DNA of 64,000 nt from an uncultured virus (IMG/VR IMGVR_UViG_3300005512_000004) (IMGVR_UViG_3300005512_000004); one strand, 5' to 3'; counted from the first letter of the stretch, positions 19,239 to 29,562 are shown. Program-made: numbers and translations. Notes: a model not told the origin generated them from the letters alone.

Positions 19239-19401
19239 TGTGGGTTTTTTGTTCATGCTCGAAGCGTGTTCGAGCGTCTTCCATAGCGCGCTTCTGTTCT
19301 CTTTGTGCTTGATCAATGGTCCTCCCTAGTAGGTAGGCGAGAGAGCCTAGGAACCCTGTTACTGCAGATAGTAGAAAGACTTCCTTCTCGTGCTTATCCA
19401 C
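19219..19401 (-). CDS. Small membrane protein
   Basis: GAAAGGAG SD, GTG start, one hydrophobic helix. Confidence 0.55.
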   Translation of the reverse strand: MDKHEKEVFLLSAVTGFLGSLAYLLGRTIDQAQREQKRAMEDARTRFEHEQKTHNGGGDV

Positions 19402-19438
19402 GTTGCTCCTTTCCATGAACATGGTTGTGCGTTACAAC

Positions 19439-19449
19439 GTTTTATCACA
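19439..19449 (-). promoter_or_regulatory. Promoter-like motif TGTGATAAAAC
   Basis: 38 nt upstream of GTG 19401, the same spacing as at 14133. Confidence 0.55.
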
Positions 19450-19547
19450 CAGAGGACGCGTGTTATGACACCGCGTAAGCCCGATCTTTATACTTACCTT
19501 GCGAGGTGGTATGCTGAGATCCGCACGCGTTACTAGGAGAAATATAT

Positions 19548-22500
19548 ATGCCGACGTCTAGCTTTAACCCCGAAGAAGGATTTAGGGATCTAACCACGCA
19601 GCTCGCACAGAGCGCTAAAACGCTACTAACCGTAGAGACTGGGCATAGGAAGCTCGTAGTACGTGATGTATCTTTCGGGCAAGCGCAAGGTACGGCGTCG
19701 TCCTTCAAGCTTCAACGTGCGGTAAAAGAAGCGGGCGGTACCTATTCCATCCCGATGTACGCTACGTTAGAGCTACAAGATAAAAACGGTAAGAAGATCG
19801 ATAGCAAGAAGGTCACTGTCGCGCAGGTGCCTACGATTACGCAGCGACTTACGTACATACTTGGGGGACGTGAGTATCAGGTAACCTCGCAGTTTAGGCG
19901 TATGCCTGGCGTGTATACGCGTGTCTCCGATCGCGGGGAGGTGCAGGGCGTCATCGTGGGTGCTATGGGGGAGCGTTCTGGGCAGATCAAGATGGCTCTT
20001 GACCCTACGACGTACAACATCACAATCAAACCCGTAAAGGGCTCCGACCGCACACTCTCCGTTTACGACCTACTTCGCGCTGCAGACAAAACAGATCAAG
20101 AAATCGCGGCGAAGTGGGGTAAGGACATGGTAAACGCGAACAAGACGCTTAATAAGAGCGACGCGGCGCGTGACAATCAGGTGATCAACATCGCAAAGGC
20201 TATGATCGAGAACCCGTACGACCGCACGATCGAGGCGCCGTCAATCACGGATGGTAAGTCTGCCGCACAGTACATCTTCAGGCAGCTCAAGGTATGGACG
20301 ATGGATCCTCGTGTAACCAGCGATACGCTTGGCGCCGTACACTCTACGCTAACACCTGACGCTCTGCTCGCTACAGGACAGAAGATTCTTAATGTCAGTA
20401 GGGGCGTAGAGAAGCCGTCTACGTACAACAATATCGGCCACAAGCGCCTCTTATCTCCCGGTGACCTGCTTCGTGACTATCTTAACCGCAACAATAACGA
20501 GATTCAGCAGCAGCTTAAGAATCGTCTAACAAAGGACGCGAATGATGTTACGAAGATCGCACGTAACGTGCTCACGAAGCGCATCGTTATGTTCTTTCGG
20601 CAGGGGGGCGAGACGCAACTCGTAAGCGAAGCCGATATGACAAACCCGCTCGCTACGCTCATCGGGCACCGAATGACGACTGTCACTGGCGCGGGCGGTA
20701 TCAGTATGGGCCCCGGGATGCAGTTAGGAGACGCGCAACAGGCGCACAGCAGTCATATCGGTTTCCTAGACCCCGTGGATACAGGCGAGAAGGCGACTAC
20801 CGGTCTTCAGCTCTATATGAGTCTCGCTGCTGATAAGGCGGGAGACCGTCTGCACACGCGTCTCTACAGCTTAAAAGAGAAGAAGGTCGTACTTGTCGAT
20901 CCTCTTACTGCAGATAAGTCGGTCGTGGCCTTCCCAGATGATATTAAGTTTATCGGAGGACACCCCGTCGCGAAGTCGGCTCTCGTGAAAGCATCTTTCC
21001 CTGGCGGGGAGACGAAGAAGACGAAGCTGAGCTCGTGTGATTTTGTGATGACCGACGCACAGGGGAACTTCGCTTTGAACGCGAACATGATCCCCTTTTT
21101 GGACTGCAACAACGGTAACCGTGTGATGATCGGTTCTAAGATGGCGAACCAGGCAGTCTCGCTTGTCAACCGCGAAGAGCCTCTCGTGCAGGTCGAGGAC
21201 CCCGCTACGGGAAATACATTCGAAAAGAATGTGGGCGGCGTGTCCGCTCTCAGAGCGCGGACCGCGGGTACTGTGCTCCAAGTAACACGTGACGAGATCA
21301 TCATTAAGAGTCTTGAAGGAAACAAAGTCGTCCACGAGCTCTATAACGAGTTTCCTACAAATGACCCGAAGTCCATGCTCAATCACGAGCCTCTCGTGAA
21401 GGTGGGCCAGCTCGTCAAGAAAGGCGACGTACTCGCAGATAGTAATTACACAAGGAACGGTACTCTCGCGTTAGGTACGAATCTACGTGTAGGCTATCTG
21501 CCCATGCGCGGTTACAACTACGAAGACGGTGTGGTCATTAGCCGCAGCGCTTCAGAGAAGTTGAAGTCGCAGCACCTATATACGTTTAAGCGTGACTCTG
21601 CTGTACGCATCGGTACACGCTTAAACGCGAAGCTCGTTGATGGGCTCGAAGACAAGTCTGTCGTGATTGATAAAGAGTTCTACAAGGTGTGGGCGCCCCG
21701 TTCGGCCGCGACGTATAAGAACTTCAACGATCTAGACGCAGACGGGGTTATCAAGGAGGGTACGGAGATACATAAGGGGTACATCCTTATCGCGGCGTGC
21801 ATGCGTACCGATCACGACCCCGCCAAAGCCAGCTTAATGAAATCTACACGTATTAAGAGCTCGTGGCGCGGCGCAGAGATTGAGTGGGAGAAGGACAGCC
21901 CCGCTGTCGTGACACGCGTAGTAAAGCGCGCTAAAGAGGTCGCCGTCTACGTACGCTCGGAAGAGCCTATGAAGGTGGGCGATAAGCTCGTAGGGCGTTA
22001 CGGGAATAAAGGTATCGTTACGAAGGTGCTCGAGGATCACGAGATGCCTTACGCCGGTGAAGACGCTGAGGGTAACCGTAAGCATATTGAGGTCGCGATG
22101 CACCCTGCGGGTGTCCCTGGACGTATCAACGTAGGCCAGCTTATGGAGATGGGCGCGTCGAAGATCGCCGAGAAGACCGGTCAGCCCTATAAGGTAAAGA
22201 ACTTCGACTCAGACTCGAAGGACAAGATGCGTGAGCTTCTCGCAGAGCTTAAGCGCCACAAGCTCTCAGATCAGGAGCTTGTACTCGATCCCAAGACGGA
22301 CAAGCCTATCGGCTCCGTGATTATGGGCAAGCAGTATATTCAGAAGCTGACGCACCAGGTGGATAAAAAGATGGCGTCGCGGCCAGGCGGTATGCTTCCG
22401 GGCCACTCGGGGTTCTCGTACGACATCAATAACCAACCACGCTCGGGCGCACCTGCGGGCGGACAAGCGATGGGCGCGCTCGGTATCTATGCTCTCCTAG

Positions 22501-25500
22501 GACACAACGCACGTAGTATGTTGCGCGATTTGCAGACGCACCACAGTACGTACGAGCAGCCTGAGAAATACGGAGACTACGACTCAGACGACTATTGGAA
22601 TGCGCTCATGGAGGGCTTACCTCCTCCTAACGCGAAAGAAACGTTCGCGAGTCGTAAGTTTTTCGCACACTTAAAGGCGATGGGTGTCGACCCGGTAAAG
22701 AATGGGGACGACATTCAGCTCGTGCCTATGACAGATAAAGACGTGCTTAAGCAGTGTCCTCACCCTGTTAAGCGCCCCAACCGCATGATCATGGGCAAGG
22801 ACGCGAAGGTTGAGAAGGGCGGGCTCTTTGACTTCCCTGAGGGCGAGATTGCGAGTACACGTTGGGGGCATATCAAACTCGAGAAGCGTATCGTAAACCC
22901 TGTATTCGAGAAGCCCGCAGCGATCCTGCTAGGTATACCCGTAAGTAAGATCGCCGCAACATTTAAGTCGATGGGCATGGCGGAGATATGTAAGCGTCTC
23001 AAGGCGATGAACGTTGATCAAGAGCTCGCAGCAACGAAGAAGGCGATCGAGGGCGCGAAAAAGACCGAGCGTGATCTTTGCTACAGAAAGATTAAGCTGT
23101 TGAAGGTGCTCAAGAGGCTGAACCTTACGCCCTACGACGCGTATACTATGCAGTACATGCCGGTCTTACCGCCGCGCATGCGACCTATCTCGCTCTCTGG
23201 CGAGGTTGGCGCTATGGGCGACATCGATACGGCAGATATCAATCAGCTATATAAGCAAGTAGGTATCGCCAATGAGCTCGTGAACAGTCTCTCCAAAGAG
23301 GCGACTACATCAGATAAGAACGAGACGGACTACGCGCTCTACAGCGCTGTAAGAGATACGTATATCACGGGCGCGTTAGACAATAAGGGAGCACCCATGA
23401 ACTCCCTCTTGCAAGCCGCTGTTCAGCCCAAAGAGGGTGGCGGCGCAGGCAAGCACAAGCAGGCGAAGGAGGGCTTCTTCCAGAAGAAGCTGATTAAGCG
23501 CCGCTCTGAGCTGAGCGGTCGCTCCGTTATTACGCCCGAGCCCGACTTGAAGCTCGACCAGGTCGGTATTCCGCGCAAAATGGCGATGAACATTTACCGC
23601 CCCTTCATCGTGCGTCAGCTTAAGACGCAGGGCTATAACACGCTGCGCGCAGCAAAGATTCTTAAAGAAGATCCTACATCGCCTGCAGTGCGTGACGCGC
23701 TAGAGCGAGCTGTCGCTGATCGACCGCTGCTACTTAAACGTGACCCGTCGCTACATAAGCATAACGTTATGGCCTTTTACCCGAAGATCATAGAAGGCAA
23801 GTCCGTACAAATCCACCCGCTGGTCTGTGGCGGCTTTAACGCAGACTTTGACGGTGACACGATGGGCGCGTGGGTGCCTAGCTCAGACGAGGCGCTTCAA
23901 GAGGTAAAGAATATGGTGCCGAGCAAGAACCTGTTCGGGCCTAAGGGTTTCCAGCTCATGAACACACCTGAGTGGGGCGCGGCGTATGGCATCTGGCAGC
24001 TTACGGAGTGGGGTACGCCTACGAAGGTAAAGGTCGATTCTCCCGCAGAGGCTTACGCGCTCCACAAGAAGGGCGGGATCGACATAGCCGATATCATCAC
24101 GTACAAGGGACGTAAGACCACTGTCGGACGTATGATGCTCTTCGACAAGCTTCCTACCGAGTACAAGAACAATGATCTCGGGACGCAGGTGATGTATGGC
24201 GAAGAGCTCACAAAGAAGAAGATGACGACGTTGCTCACACGCATCGCGAAAGAGCGCCCCGATCTGTACCCAGGCATGGTGGACGATTGGAAAGACCTCG
24301 GGAATAAGTACGCGCACGAGAAGGCGTGGTCTTTCGGGCTGCAGGATTTTGTCTCACACGGCGATATCCGCGATAAGTACCTCGCAGAGGCCGACGCGAA
24401 GCTCGAGAAGATGAAAAACCCAAGCGCGGCAGATAAGGTACGTCTCTATGGTATCGCCGCGGGCAAGATCCGCAAAGAGGTCGAGGGTCGCTTGGCGAAA
24501 GACGGCAATAACCGCGCATATCGCATGACACGGCAGTCTGGCGCTATGGGCTCTAAATACAATCAGGTTGAGCAGATTATCATTAGTCCGTTACAGGTGA
24601 CGACGTCTGACGGGGACGTTGTACCGAATCCTGTGCGTAAAGCCTATAGCGAGGGGCTAGGGCTATCCGATTATTGGGACTCCATTCCCGGCGTGCGTAC
24701 AGGTACGCTCTCGCGTGTTAAAGGTACGAGCGACCCCGGCGCTAAGGCGAAAGATCTCGTTAATCTAAACATCAGCTCTGTTATATCGTCGGGTGACTGC
24801 GGCACAAATGCGGGCATCACGATCAAGACATCTGATGTTGATATGGAGGCACGCTTCCTACTTAAGCCTGTTACAGCGGGCACGAAGACGTATAGCCGTA
24901 ACACGCTAGTCGATGGTGAGGTTATGGCGCAGATACGGAAGCACCACGATACCATAGAAGTACGCTCGCCTATGGGATGTAAGGCAAGCAAGGGCGTCTG
25001 CGCTAAGTGTACGGGCTTTAACGAGCGAGGGAAGGAATACGAGATTGGCGAGAACGCGGGTGTTATTAGCGCTCAGTCTCTCTCAGAGCCCTTAACGCAG
25101 ATGGCGATGAACGCTTTCCACACTGGCGGCTCCGCGAGCGGCGCAGGCGCGTCTGTTGGCGACCACTTCTCGCACCTCGCGCGCCTCATGACCGTTCCCA
25201 AGGTGGTGCGCGGTTCTGCGAAGATTTCTCCCGCAGACACGACCGTAGTTTCCGTAATAGCAGATAAGCTCGTGGGCGGTTTTAATATCATGCTCCAAGG
25301 TGTCGATAAGCCTATCTATGTTGAGCAGGATAAGGAGGTTCTTGTCGCTAAAGGAGATACCGTTAAGAAGGGGCAGCGCTTAACTAACGGGCCGATCAAC
25401 CCACAAGAGCTTTTGCGCGTATCCGGCATGCCCGCGGTGCGACAACATATCGTAGACGAGATGCAGAAGGTGTACGGAGGTTACGGCGTACGACGTAGAC

Positions 25501-25859
25501 ACGTCGAGATGCTCGTAAAGAACCTCACATCTTCTGTGGAGGTGATCGAGGATCCCGAAGGAGATTACGCGCCAGGAGACCGCATCACCGAGCGCACGCT
25601 TCATGCAACAAATGCAGAACGTGTGGAGCAGAAGCTCCCTAAGATCGAAGCGGAGCCTGTGTTACTTAGTATTAATCAAGCAGTCCGCGTTGCTACCGAG
25701 GGAGATTTCCTCGCGCAGATGAACTACCAGCACGTGCGTACGAGTCTCCTAGACGGTATGGCTCACGGCGCTAAGTCGTCTCTGCATGGCCATAACCCCA
25801 TCCCCGGCATGGCCGTGGGCTATAGCCTCGGGAAGACCGGTAAGGAAGGTCAGTACTGA
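19548..25859 (+). CDS. rpoBC: Single-chain multisubunit-type RNA polymerase (beta-beta' fusion)
   Basis: beta motifs NRVMIGSKMANQA, GYNYEDG, GDKLVGRYGNKG, PGRINVGQ, KLTHQVDKK, GGQAMG; beta' motifs SGRSVI, LLKRDPSLH, FNADFDGD (23838-23858), AQSLSEPLTQMAMNAFHTGG. Confidence 0.97.
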   Translation: MPTSSFNPEEGFRDLTTQLAQSAKTLLTVETGHRKLVVRDVSFGQAQGTASSFKLQRAVKEAGGTYSIPMYATLELQDKNGKKIDSKKVTVAQVPTITQRLTYILGGREYQVTSQFRRMPGVYTRVSDRGEVQGVIVGAMGERSGQIKMALDPTTYNITIKPVKGSDRTLSVYDLLRAADKTDQEIAAKWGKDMVNANKTLNKSDAARDNQVINIAKAMIENPYDRTIEAPSITDGKSAAQYIFRQLKVWTMDPRVTSDTLGAVHSTLTPDALLATGQKILNVSRGVEKPSTYNNIGHKRLLSPGDLLRDYLNRNNNEIQQQLKNRLTKDANDVTKIARNVLTKRIVMFFRQGGETQLVSEADMTNPLATLIGHRMTTVTGAGGISMGPGMQLGDAQQAHSSHIGFLDPVDTGEKATTGLQLYMSLAADKAGDRLHTRLYSLKEKKVVLVDPLTADKSVVAFPDDIKFIGGHPVAKSALVKASFPGGETKKTKLSSCDFVMTDAQGNFALNANMIPFLDCNNGNRVMIGSKMANQAVSLVNREEPLVQVEDPATGNTFEKNVGGVSALRARTAGTVLQVTRDEIIIKSLEGNKVVHELYNEFPTNDPKSMLNHEPLVKVGQLVKKGDVLADSNYTRNGTLALGTNLRVGYLPMRGYNYEDGVVISRSASEKLKSQHLYTFKRDSAVRIGTRLNAKLVDGLEDKSVVIDKEFYKVWAPRSAATYKNFNDLDADGVIKEGTEIHKGYILIAACMRTDHDPAKASLMKSTRIKSSWRGAEIEWEKDSPAVVTRVVKRAKEVAVYVRSEEPMKVGDKLVGRYGNKGIVTKVLEDHEMPYAGEDAEGNRKHIEVAMHPAGVPGRINVGQLMEMGASKIAEKTGQPYKVKNFDSDSKDKMRELLAELKRHKLSDQELVLDPKTDKPIGSVIMGKQYIQKLTHQVDKKMASRPGGMLPGHSGFSYDINNQPRSGAPAGGQAMGALGIYALLGHNARSMLRDLQTHHSTYEQPEKYGDYDSDDYWNALMEGLPPPNAKETFASRKFFAHLKAMGVDPVKNGDDIQLVPMTDKDVLKQCPHPVKRPNRMIMGKDAKVEKGGLFDFPEGEIASTRWGHIKLEKRIVNPVFEKPAAILLGIPVSKIAATFKSMGMAEICKRLKAMNVDQELAATKKAIEGAKKTERDLCYRKIKLLKVLKRLNLTPYDAYTMQYMPVLPPRMRPISLSGEVGAMGDIDTADINQLYKQVGIANELVNSLSKEATTSDKNETDYALYSAVRDTYITGALDNKGAPMNSLLQAAVQPKEGGGAGKHKQAKEGFFQKKLIKRRSELSGRSVITPEPDLKLDQVGIPRKMAMNIYRPFIVRQLKTQGYNTLRAAKILKEDPTSPAVRDALERAVADRPLLLKRDPSLHKHNVMAFYPKIIEGKSVQIHPLVCGGFNADFDGDTMGAWVPSSDEALQEVKNMVPSKNLFGPKGFQLMNTPEWGAAYGIWQLTEWGTPTKVKVDSPAEAYALHKKGGIDIADIITYKGRKTTVGRMMLFDKLPTEYKNNDLGTQVMYGEELTKKKMTTLLTRIAKERPDLYPGMVDDWKDLGNKYAHEKAWSFGLQDFVSHGDIRDKYLAEADAKLEKMKNPSAADKVRLYGIAAGKIRKEVEGRLAKDGNNRAYRMTRQSGAMGSKYNQVEQIIISPLQVTTSDGDVVPNPVRKAYSEGLGLSDYWDSIPGVRTGTLSRVKGTSDPGAKAKDLVNLNISSVISSGDCGTNAGITIKTSDVDMEARFLLKPVTAGTKTYSRNTLVDGEVMAQIRKHHDTIEVRSPMGCKASKGVCAKCTGFNERGKEYEIGENAGVISAQSLSEPLTQMAMNAFHTGGSASGAGASVGDHFSHLARLMTVPKVVRGSAKISPADTTVVSVIADKLVGGFNIMLQGVDKPIYVEQDKEVLVAKGDTVKKGQRLTNGPINPQELLRVSGMPAVRQHIVDEMQKVYGGYGVRRRHVEMLVKNLTSSVEVIEDPEGDYAPGDRITERTLHATNAERVEQKLPKIEAEPVLLSINQAVRVATEGDFLAQMNYQHVRTSLLDGMAHGAKSSLHGHNPIPGMAVGYSLGKTGKEGQY

Positions 25860-27133
25860 TGGTCGCTTTTACAGGAGATGTTACGGCGAAGCCGCCGCGT
25901 ATCTTTACGGGTAACGTCTTCGAGATATACCCCGAGTTGGGCGCGGTTGATATCAAGGTAGGGTTTCCTGATAGCCGCTTCTACGAGAAGGTACCGTACG
26001 CCTCTGCCTTTAAGGATAAAGGGCTCGCGGGGTTTGACTTCGTGCCTACGCGCGGGTGTACGGTGCTGTTGCTCGAACACGGCTCCGAAGACTCAGGGGG
26101 CGAAACTTCAGCGCCCATCGTTATCGGCTTTATGGCGCCTCCTGGTAAGTCCATTGGTGCGCGACGCGAGCTCCTGCCGAGCGACGTACAGGTGAGCGGC
26201 AAGTACGGTAACAACTTACTCCTACGGAGCAACGGAGACGCGTACCTCGTAGGGGATGCGCGTAACCTCATTGCGTTTATTACGACGGAGGAGTTAACAA
26301 AGCTCCGTACTACAAACTTCGAGCACGAACATCCCGGTGGGCGAGTCAGGTGGATGATTGACGGGGAAGCGCAAGGAGGCGCGGTCGCGTACCTACACAC
26401 CGTTAAGCGGAATATGGCAGACGACGCGCCGTACCTTTCCGTCTCTGCAGGTACAGATGCTGCGGGTGGGCTAGAGATACGCATGGCGGGTGAGGGCGGT
26501 GAGGTGCCTAACTCCGCGAACCCCATCTTCGTGAATGACGTGCCTGTTGGGTGTGCGTTCAAGCTAGGTGTTGATATGCTCGGCAATGTGGGAGTGAGCG
26601 CCACGGGCGCTGTCGTTGCTGAAAGTATCGGCCCAATGACGCTTAAGAGCGCGTCAGGTATTAGTCTCGCTGCGCCACAGATCGCGTTCACGTCTGTTGT
26701 AGGCGGTATCAGTATAACCAGCGTACCTGGTCAGCCTACGCGCCTCGTACTACCCGACGGGCTAGAGATCGTCGCACCACATATTAAGATTACGCAGGGC
26801 ACGACTCACCTGCTCTCTAGCAGCGAAGAAGAAGGGCACTCGAAGAAACTCCTGACGGAGGAGCTGTTCGATTGGGTCGTTAATCATCGACATATGCACT
26901 ACGTGATTCCTAACCCTACCCAGACAGGCTCGACGCATGGACTAACGACCAAGCCGTTGAACGCTAGTGCGCTTGCTACGGATACATTGTATACTAGCAT
27001 AGCTCAGCTACAGGCGACTGACGTGGTAGCGTCTATACCAGGGGCGCAGTTTATTGAGACGATCCTAGCAGCGGAGAGCCAATACACCGCCGACGAGACA
27101 ACCGCGATAACACAAGAAACGAAAGCGAGGTAA
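25859..27133 (+). CDS. Baseplate central spike (gpV/gp5/VgrG-like)
   Basis: N-terminal OB-fold pattern (GNVFEI...VP..G..VLL...PIVIGF), beta-repeat body, NHRH metal-binding motif near the C-terminus. Confidence 0.65.
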   Translation: MVAFTGDVTAKPPRIFTGNVFEIYPELGAVDIKVGFPDSRFYEKVPYASAFKDKGLAGFDFVPTRGCTVLLLEHGSEDSGGETSAPIVIGFMAPPGKSIGARRELLPSDVQVSGKYGNNLLLRSNGDAYLVGDARNLIAFITTEELTKLRTTNFEHEHPGGRVRWMIDGEAQGGAVAYLHTVKRNMADDAPYLSVSAGTDAAGGLEIRMAGEGGEVPNSANPIFVNDVPVGCAFKLGVDMLGNVGVSATGAVVAESIGPMTLKSASGISLAAPQIAFTSVVGGISITSVPGQPTRLVLPDGLEIVAPHIKITQGTTHLLSSSEEEGHSKKLLTEELFDWVVNHRHMHYVIPNPTQTGSTHGLTTKPLNASALATDTLYTSIAQLQATDVVASIPGAQFIETILAAESQYTADETTAITQETKAR

Positions 27134-27135
27134 GC

Positions 27136-29562
27136 ATGTACAGCGAGCCACTATTTATAGAGAGAGCAAGTTCCTTCGAGAAGATCGCGGTTACTGTAAA
27201 GTTGCCGAATGACGAGACAAAGTGGGCGCCTATGGTGCTCTCTGAGCTCCATCGCCAAGCACCTATGATGCGCGATTTCCACTCAGAGATTACACTCGAC
27301 CGCACGGACCCGAATAAGGGGATAGGGTTCGGGTACATCTCTTGTCGACCTAAGACAGCAAACCCGCTCGCAGCGGGAGGTCTTCCAAGCATTAAGATTC
27401 CGGTCTTCGTGAAGAATTGGCATCTCTCACCGATCGATGTGTTCTTCGACGCGGCTGGGCGCGGGTACCACCTCTCTGAGCGACGCATACGTGAGGTGCT
27501 CGCGCGTCCACAGGTAGGCGCGGGTGCGGCCGACCCATCTGATCCCGTATCTGGAGACATCCGTACGATGCTTACGCCTCCTTGGGAGAACGTGGGGCAG
27601 TTCTATCGTGGCGTAAACACAGCTGTATCACAGAACGCGCAGGTAAAGACCTCGTCACTCCTACGTGTGATTGACGGTACGGTGGCGGCAGAGGACATCG
27701 CCAAGCTCGCAAGTTGGGTAAGCTCCGACGAAGGCCGCATGATGATGTGGGGCCAGCACGACATTATCCCTACGTTCAGCAAGGCGTTAAAGCTTACTGC
27801 GGGTGAGCCTTTAGGCGGGGAGAAGATCGCGGAGTACGTCGGTTCACCCGTCGTACAGTATCGTTGGGATGGTGGCCCTACCATGCTTGTTAAAGTAGCG
27901 CAGCCCGGTGGCTTCGCTCCGCAGCAGGGGCAAGTACCCGCAGATCAAGCAGCCCAGCAGATGGACCCAAATGCGCAGGCTCAGGTCGCGCAACAAGGTC
28001 AAGCGACGCAGGCAGATCAGATGCAGGTCATGTCTCCCGAGGAGATGGACGGTGACGACTTCCAGCCCGTAAGTCAGTTCGGCATTTACCGTGTTATTAC
28101 TGTAAATAACGAGCAGCTCATGGGTTGGGTCTTCCCGTTCATCTTGTCCTTTAAGATGGAGAAGGTGCCGCAGCAGATTTTTACGGACGGCTCGAACTTT
28201 GCGACACAACAAGCGATAGCGGGTGTACACGTCGCTACCAACTCCAATCTGCCGAACGAGCAACCACAGGGTCGTGGGTTCTTCTACATTATCCGCAACG
28301 GCCGTGCCTTTGCGTTTGCACCAATCGACCTACAGGGCGAGCAGCAACAGCCCGATGGCAACACGATGTACATGGCGCAGACGATTCTCGGAGGCAATCA
28401 AGTACAGATCATGAAGATACAGGGTATGAACGCTGCTGCCGAGATGGGAGAGAACCAGTTCGCGCTTCCGGGCGACGTCAAATGGTGCTCATTCAAACAG
28501 CAAACTAACCCGCTTATCGAAGATCCCATGCAGGCAGGCCAGCGTGCTGGGGCGTACACACTGCAGAAGATTCAGCAGAAGGCGCTTATGCAACAACAAG
28601 CGCAGGAAGCGGAGGCTCAGAAGGGGCAGAAGGGGCAGAAGGGGCAGAAGAAGACCGCAGCTTTTAAGCGAGAGATGCTCGCCGCGACAGGTGCAGCGAG
28701 TTTGATGCCGCTAGGCGCTACCTACATGGCGCGAAAAAGGCTCAAAAAAGAGGGGTACAGCGCAGAAGATGCGAGGAGCATCACGGGCGGTTACGCGCGA
28801 AATGCTGTGCAGGGCTTAACGCAGGGCGCTATCGGGATGGGGCTCGCGGGGCACGTCGGTGGAGGAGATAAGACCAAAGCTATCTCTGCGCTCACGGGCG
28901 GTGGTGCGAGAGCCGCGCAGATCATGCAAGACACCAACAAGTTCGTATTAGAGGACCGTGCACGTAAACGGTACATGGATCTTATGAGCAAGCAGTCAAG
29001 CGCACCCATCACCGCGGTGATTCGGGCTACCCAAGATAACACGTACACGCTATCAGGTACCGCCTTTGAGAAGCTGGCAAGCGAGCACACGCACTTCTTA
29101 GACTATGCGGACACCGAGTGGATGCTCGCGCTCGCAGGTATCGCGCCAGAGTATACACGTGAGAAGGTCGCGACAATCCACACGCTACATCGTGGGCGCG
29201 TAGAGATACCCGTGCTGCGTCCTGTGACACCCCCGCAGACCACCATTGTGAAGACCGCGGCTCTCGAGAAGGTGTGCTCTAAGCTCTCCCGCATGATGGC
29301 CAAGCACGCTAATGAGCTCCGTGACCCTAACATCGCGGACACCTTACTTGCTCTTAACTTCCTTAACCCACGCAACGTCAGTATGTTCATCAACTACATT
29401 CCGTTGATCGAGGAGACAACGTCGAGTATCGCTAACCTGCTCGTCGCTTCACGTCTCGGCGAGCGCTCGCTCGACGAGGGTGCGTGTAAGGAGGCGTTGC
29501 GCAATCTCGAAGACGTTCTTGCCGGGCTTAAGATGCTCGCCATGACACGCGAGAGTGTGTAA
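27136..29562 (+). CDS. Large putative internal head protein with many KxA/KxS motifs
   Basis: EKIAV, VKTSS, AKLAS, EKIAE, KKTAA, SKQSS, EKLAS, EKVAT, VKTAA; Gln-rich segments. Confidence 0.6.
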   Translation: MYSEPLFIERASSFEKIAVTVKLPNDETKWAPMVLSELHRQAPMMRDFHSEITLDRTDPNKGIGFGYISCRPKTANPLAAGGLPSIKIPVFVKNWHLSPIDVFFDAAGRGYHLSERRIREVLARPQVGAGAADPSDPVSGDIRTMLTPPWENVGQFYRGVNTAVSQNAQVKTSSLLRVIDGTVAAEDIAKLASWVSSDEGRMMMWGQHDIIPTFSKALKLTAGEPLGGEKIAEYVGSPVVQYRWDGGPTMLVKVAQPGGFAPQQGQVPADQAAQQMDPNAQAQVAQQGQATQADQMQVMSPEEMDGDDFQPVSQFGIYRVITVNNEQLMGWVFPFILSFKMEKVPQQIFTDGSNFATQQAIAGVHVATNSNLPNEQPQGRGFFYIIRNGRAFAFAPIDLQGEQQQPDGNTMYMAQTILGGNQVQIMKIQGMNAAAEMGENQFALPGDVKWCSFKQQTNPLIEDPMQAGQRAGAYTLQKIQQKALMQQQAQEAEAQKGQKGQKGQKKTAAFKREMLAATGAASLMPLGATYMARKRLKKEGYSAEDARSITGGYARNAVQGLTQGAIGMGLAGHVGGGDKTKAISALTGGGARAAQIMQDTNKFVLEDRARKRYMDLMSKQSSAPITAVIRATQDNTYTLSGTAFEKLASEHTHFLDYADTEWMLALAGIAPEYTREKVATIHTLHRGRVEIPVLRPVTPPQTTIVKTAALEKVCSKLSRMMAKHANELRDPNIADTLLALNFLNPRNVSMFINYIPLIEETTSSIANLLVASRLGERSLDEGACKEALRNLEDVLAGLKMLAMTRESV
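28618..28650 (+). repeat. 9-bp tandem repeat CAGAAGGGG x3.7 (QKG) immediately before KKTAA
   Basis: Seen directly. Confidence 0.85.

Noticed and set aside
19548..25859. Bacterial chromosomal rpoBC locus
   Set aside because: No ribosomal-protein neighbours; flanked by portal and spike genes; highly divergent and compact
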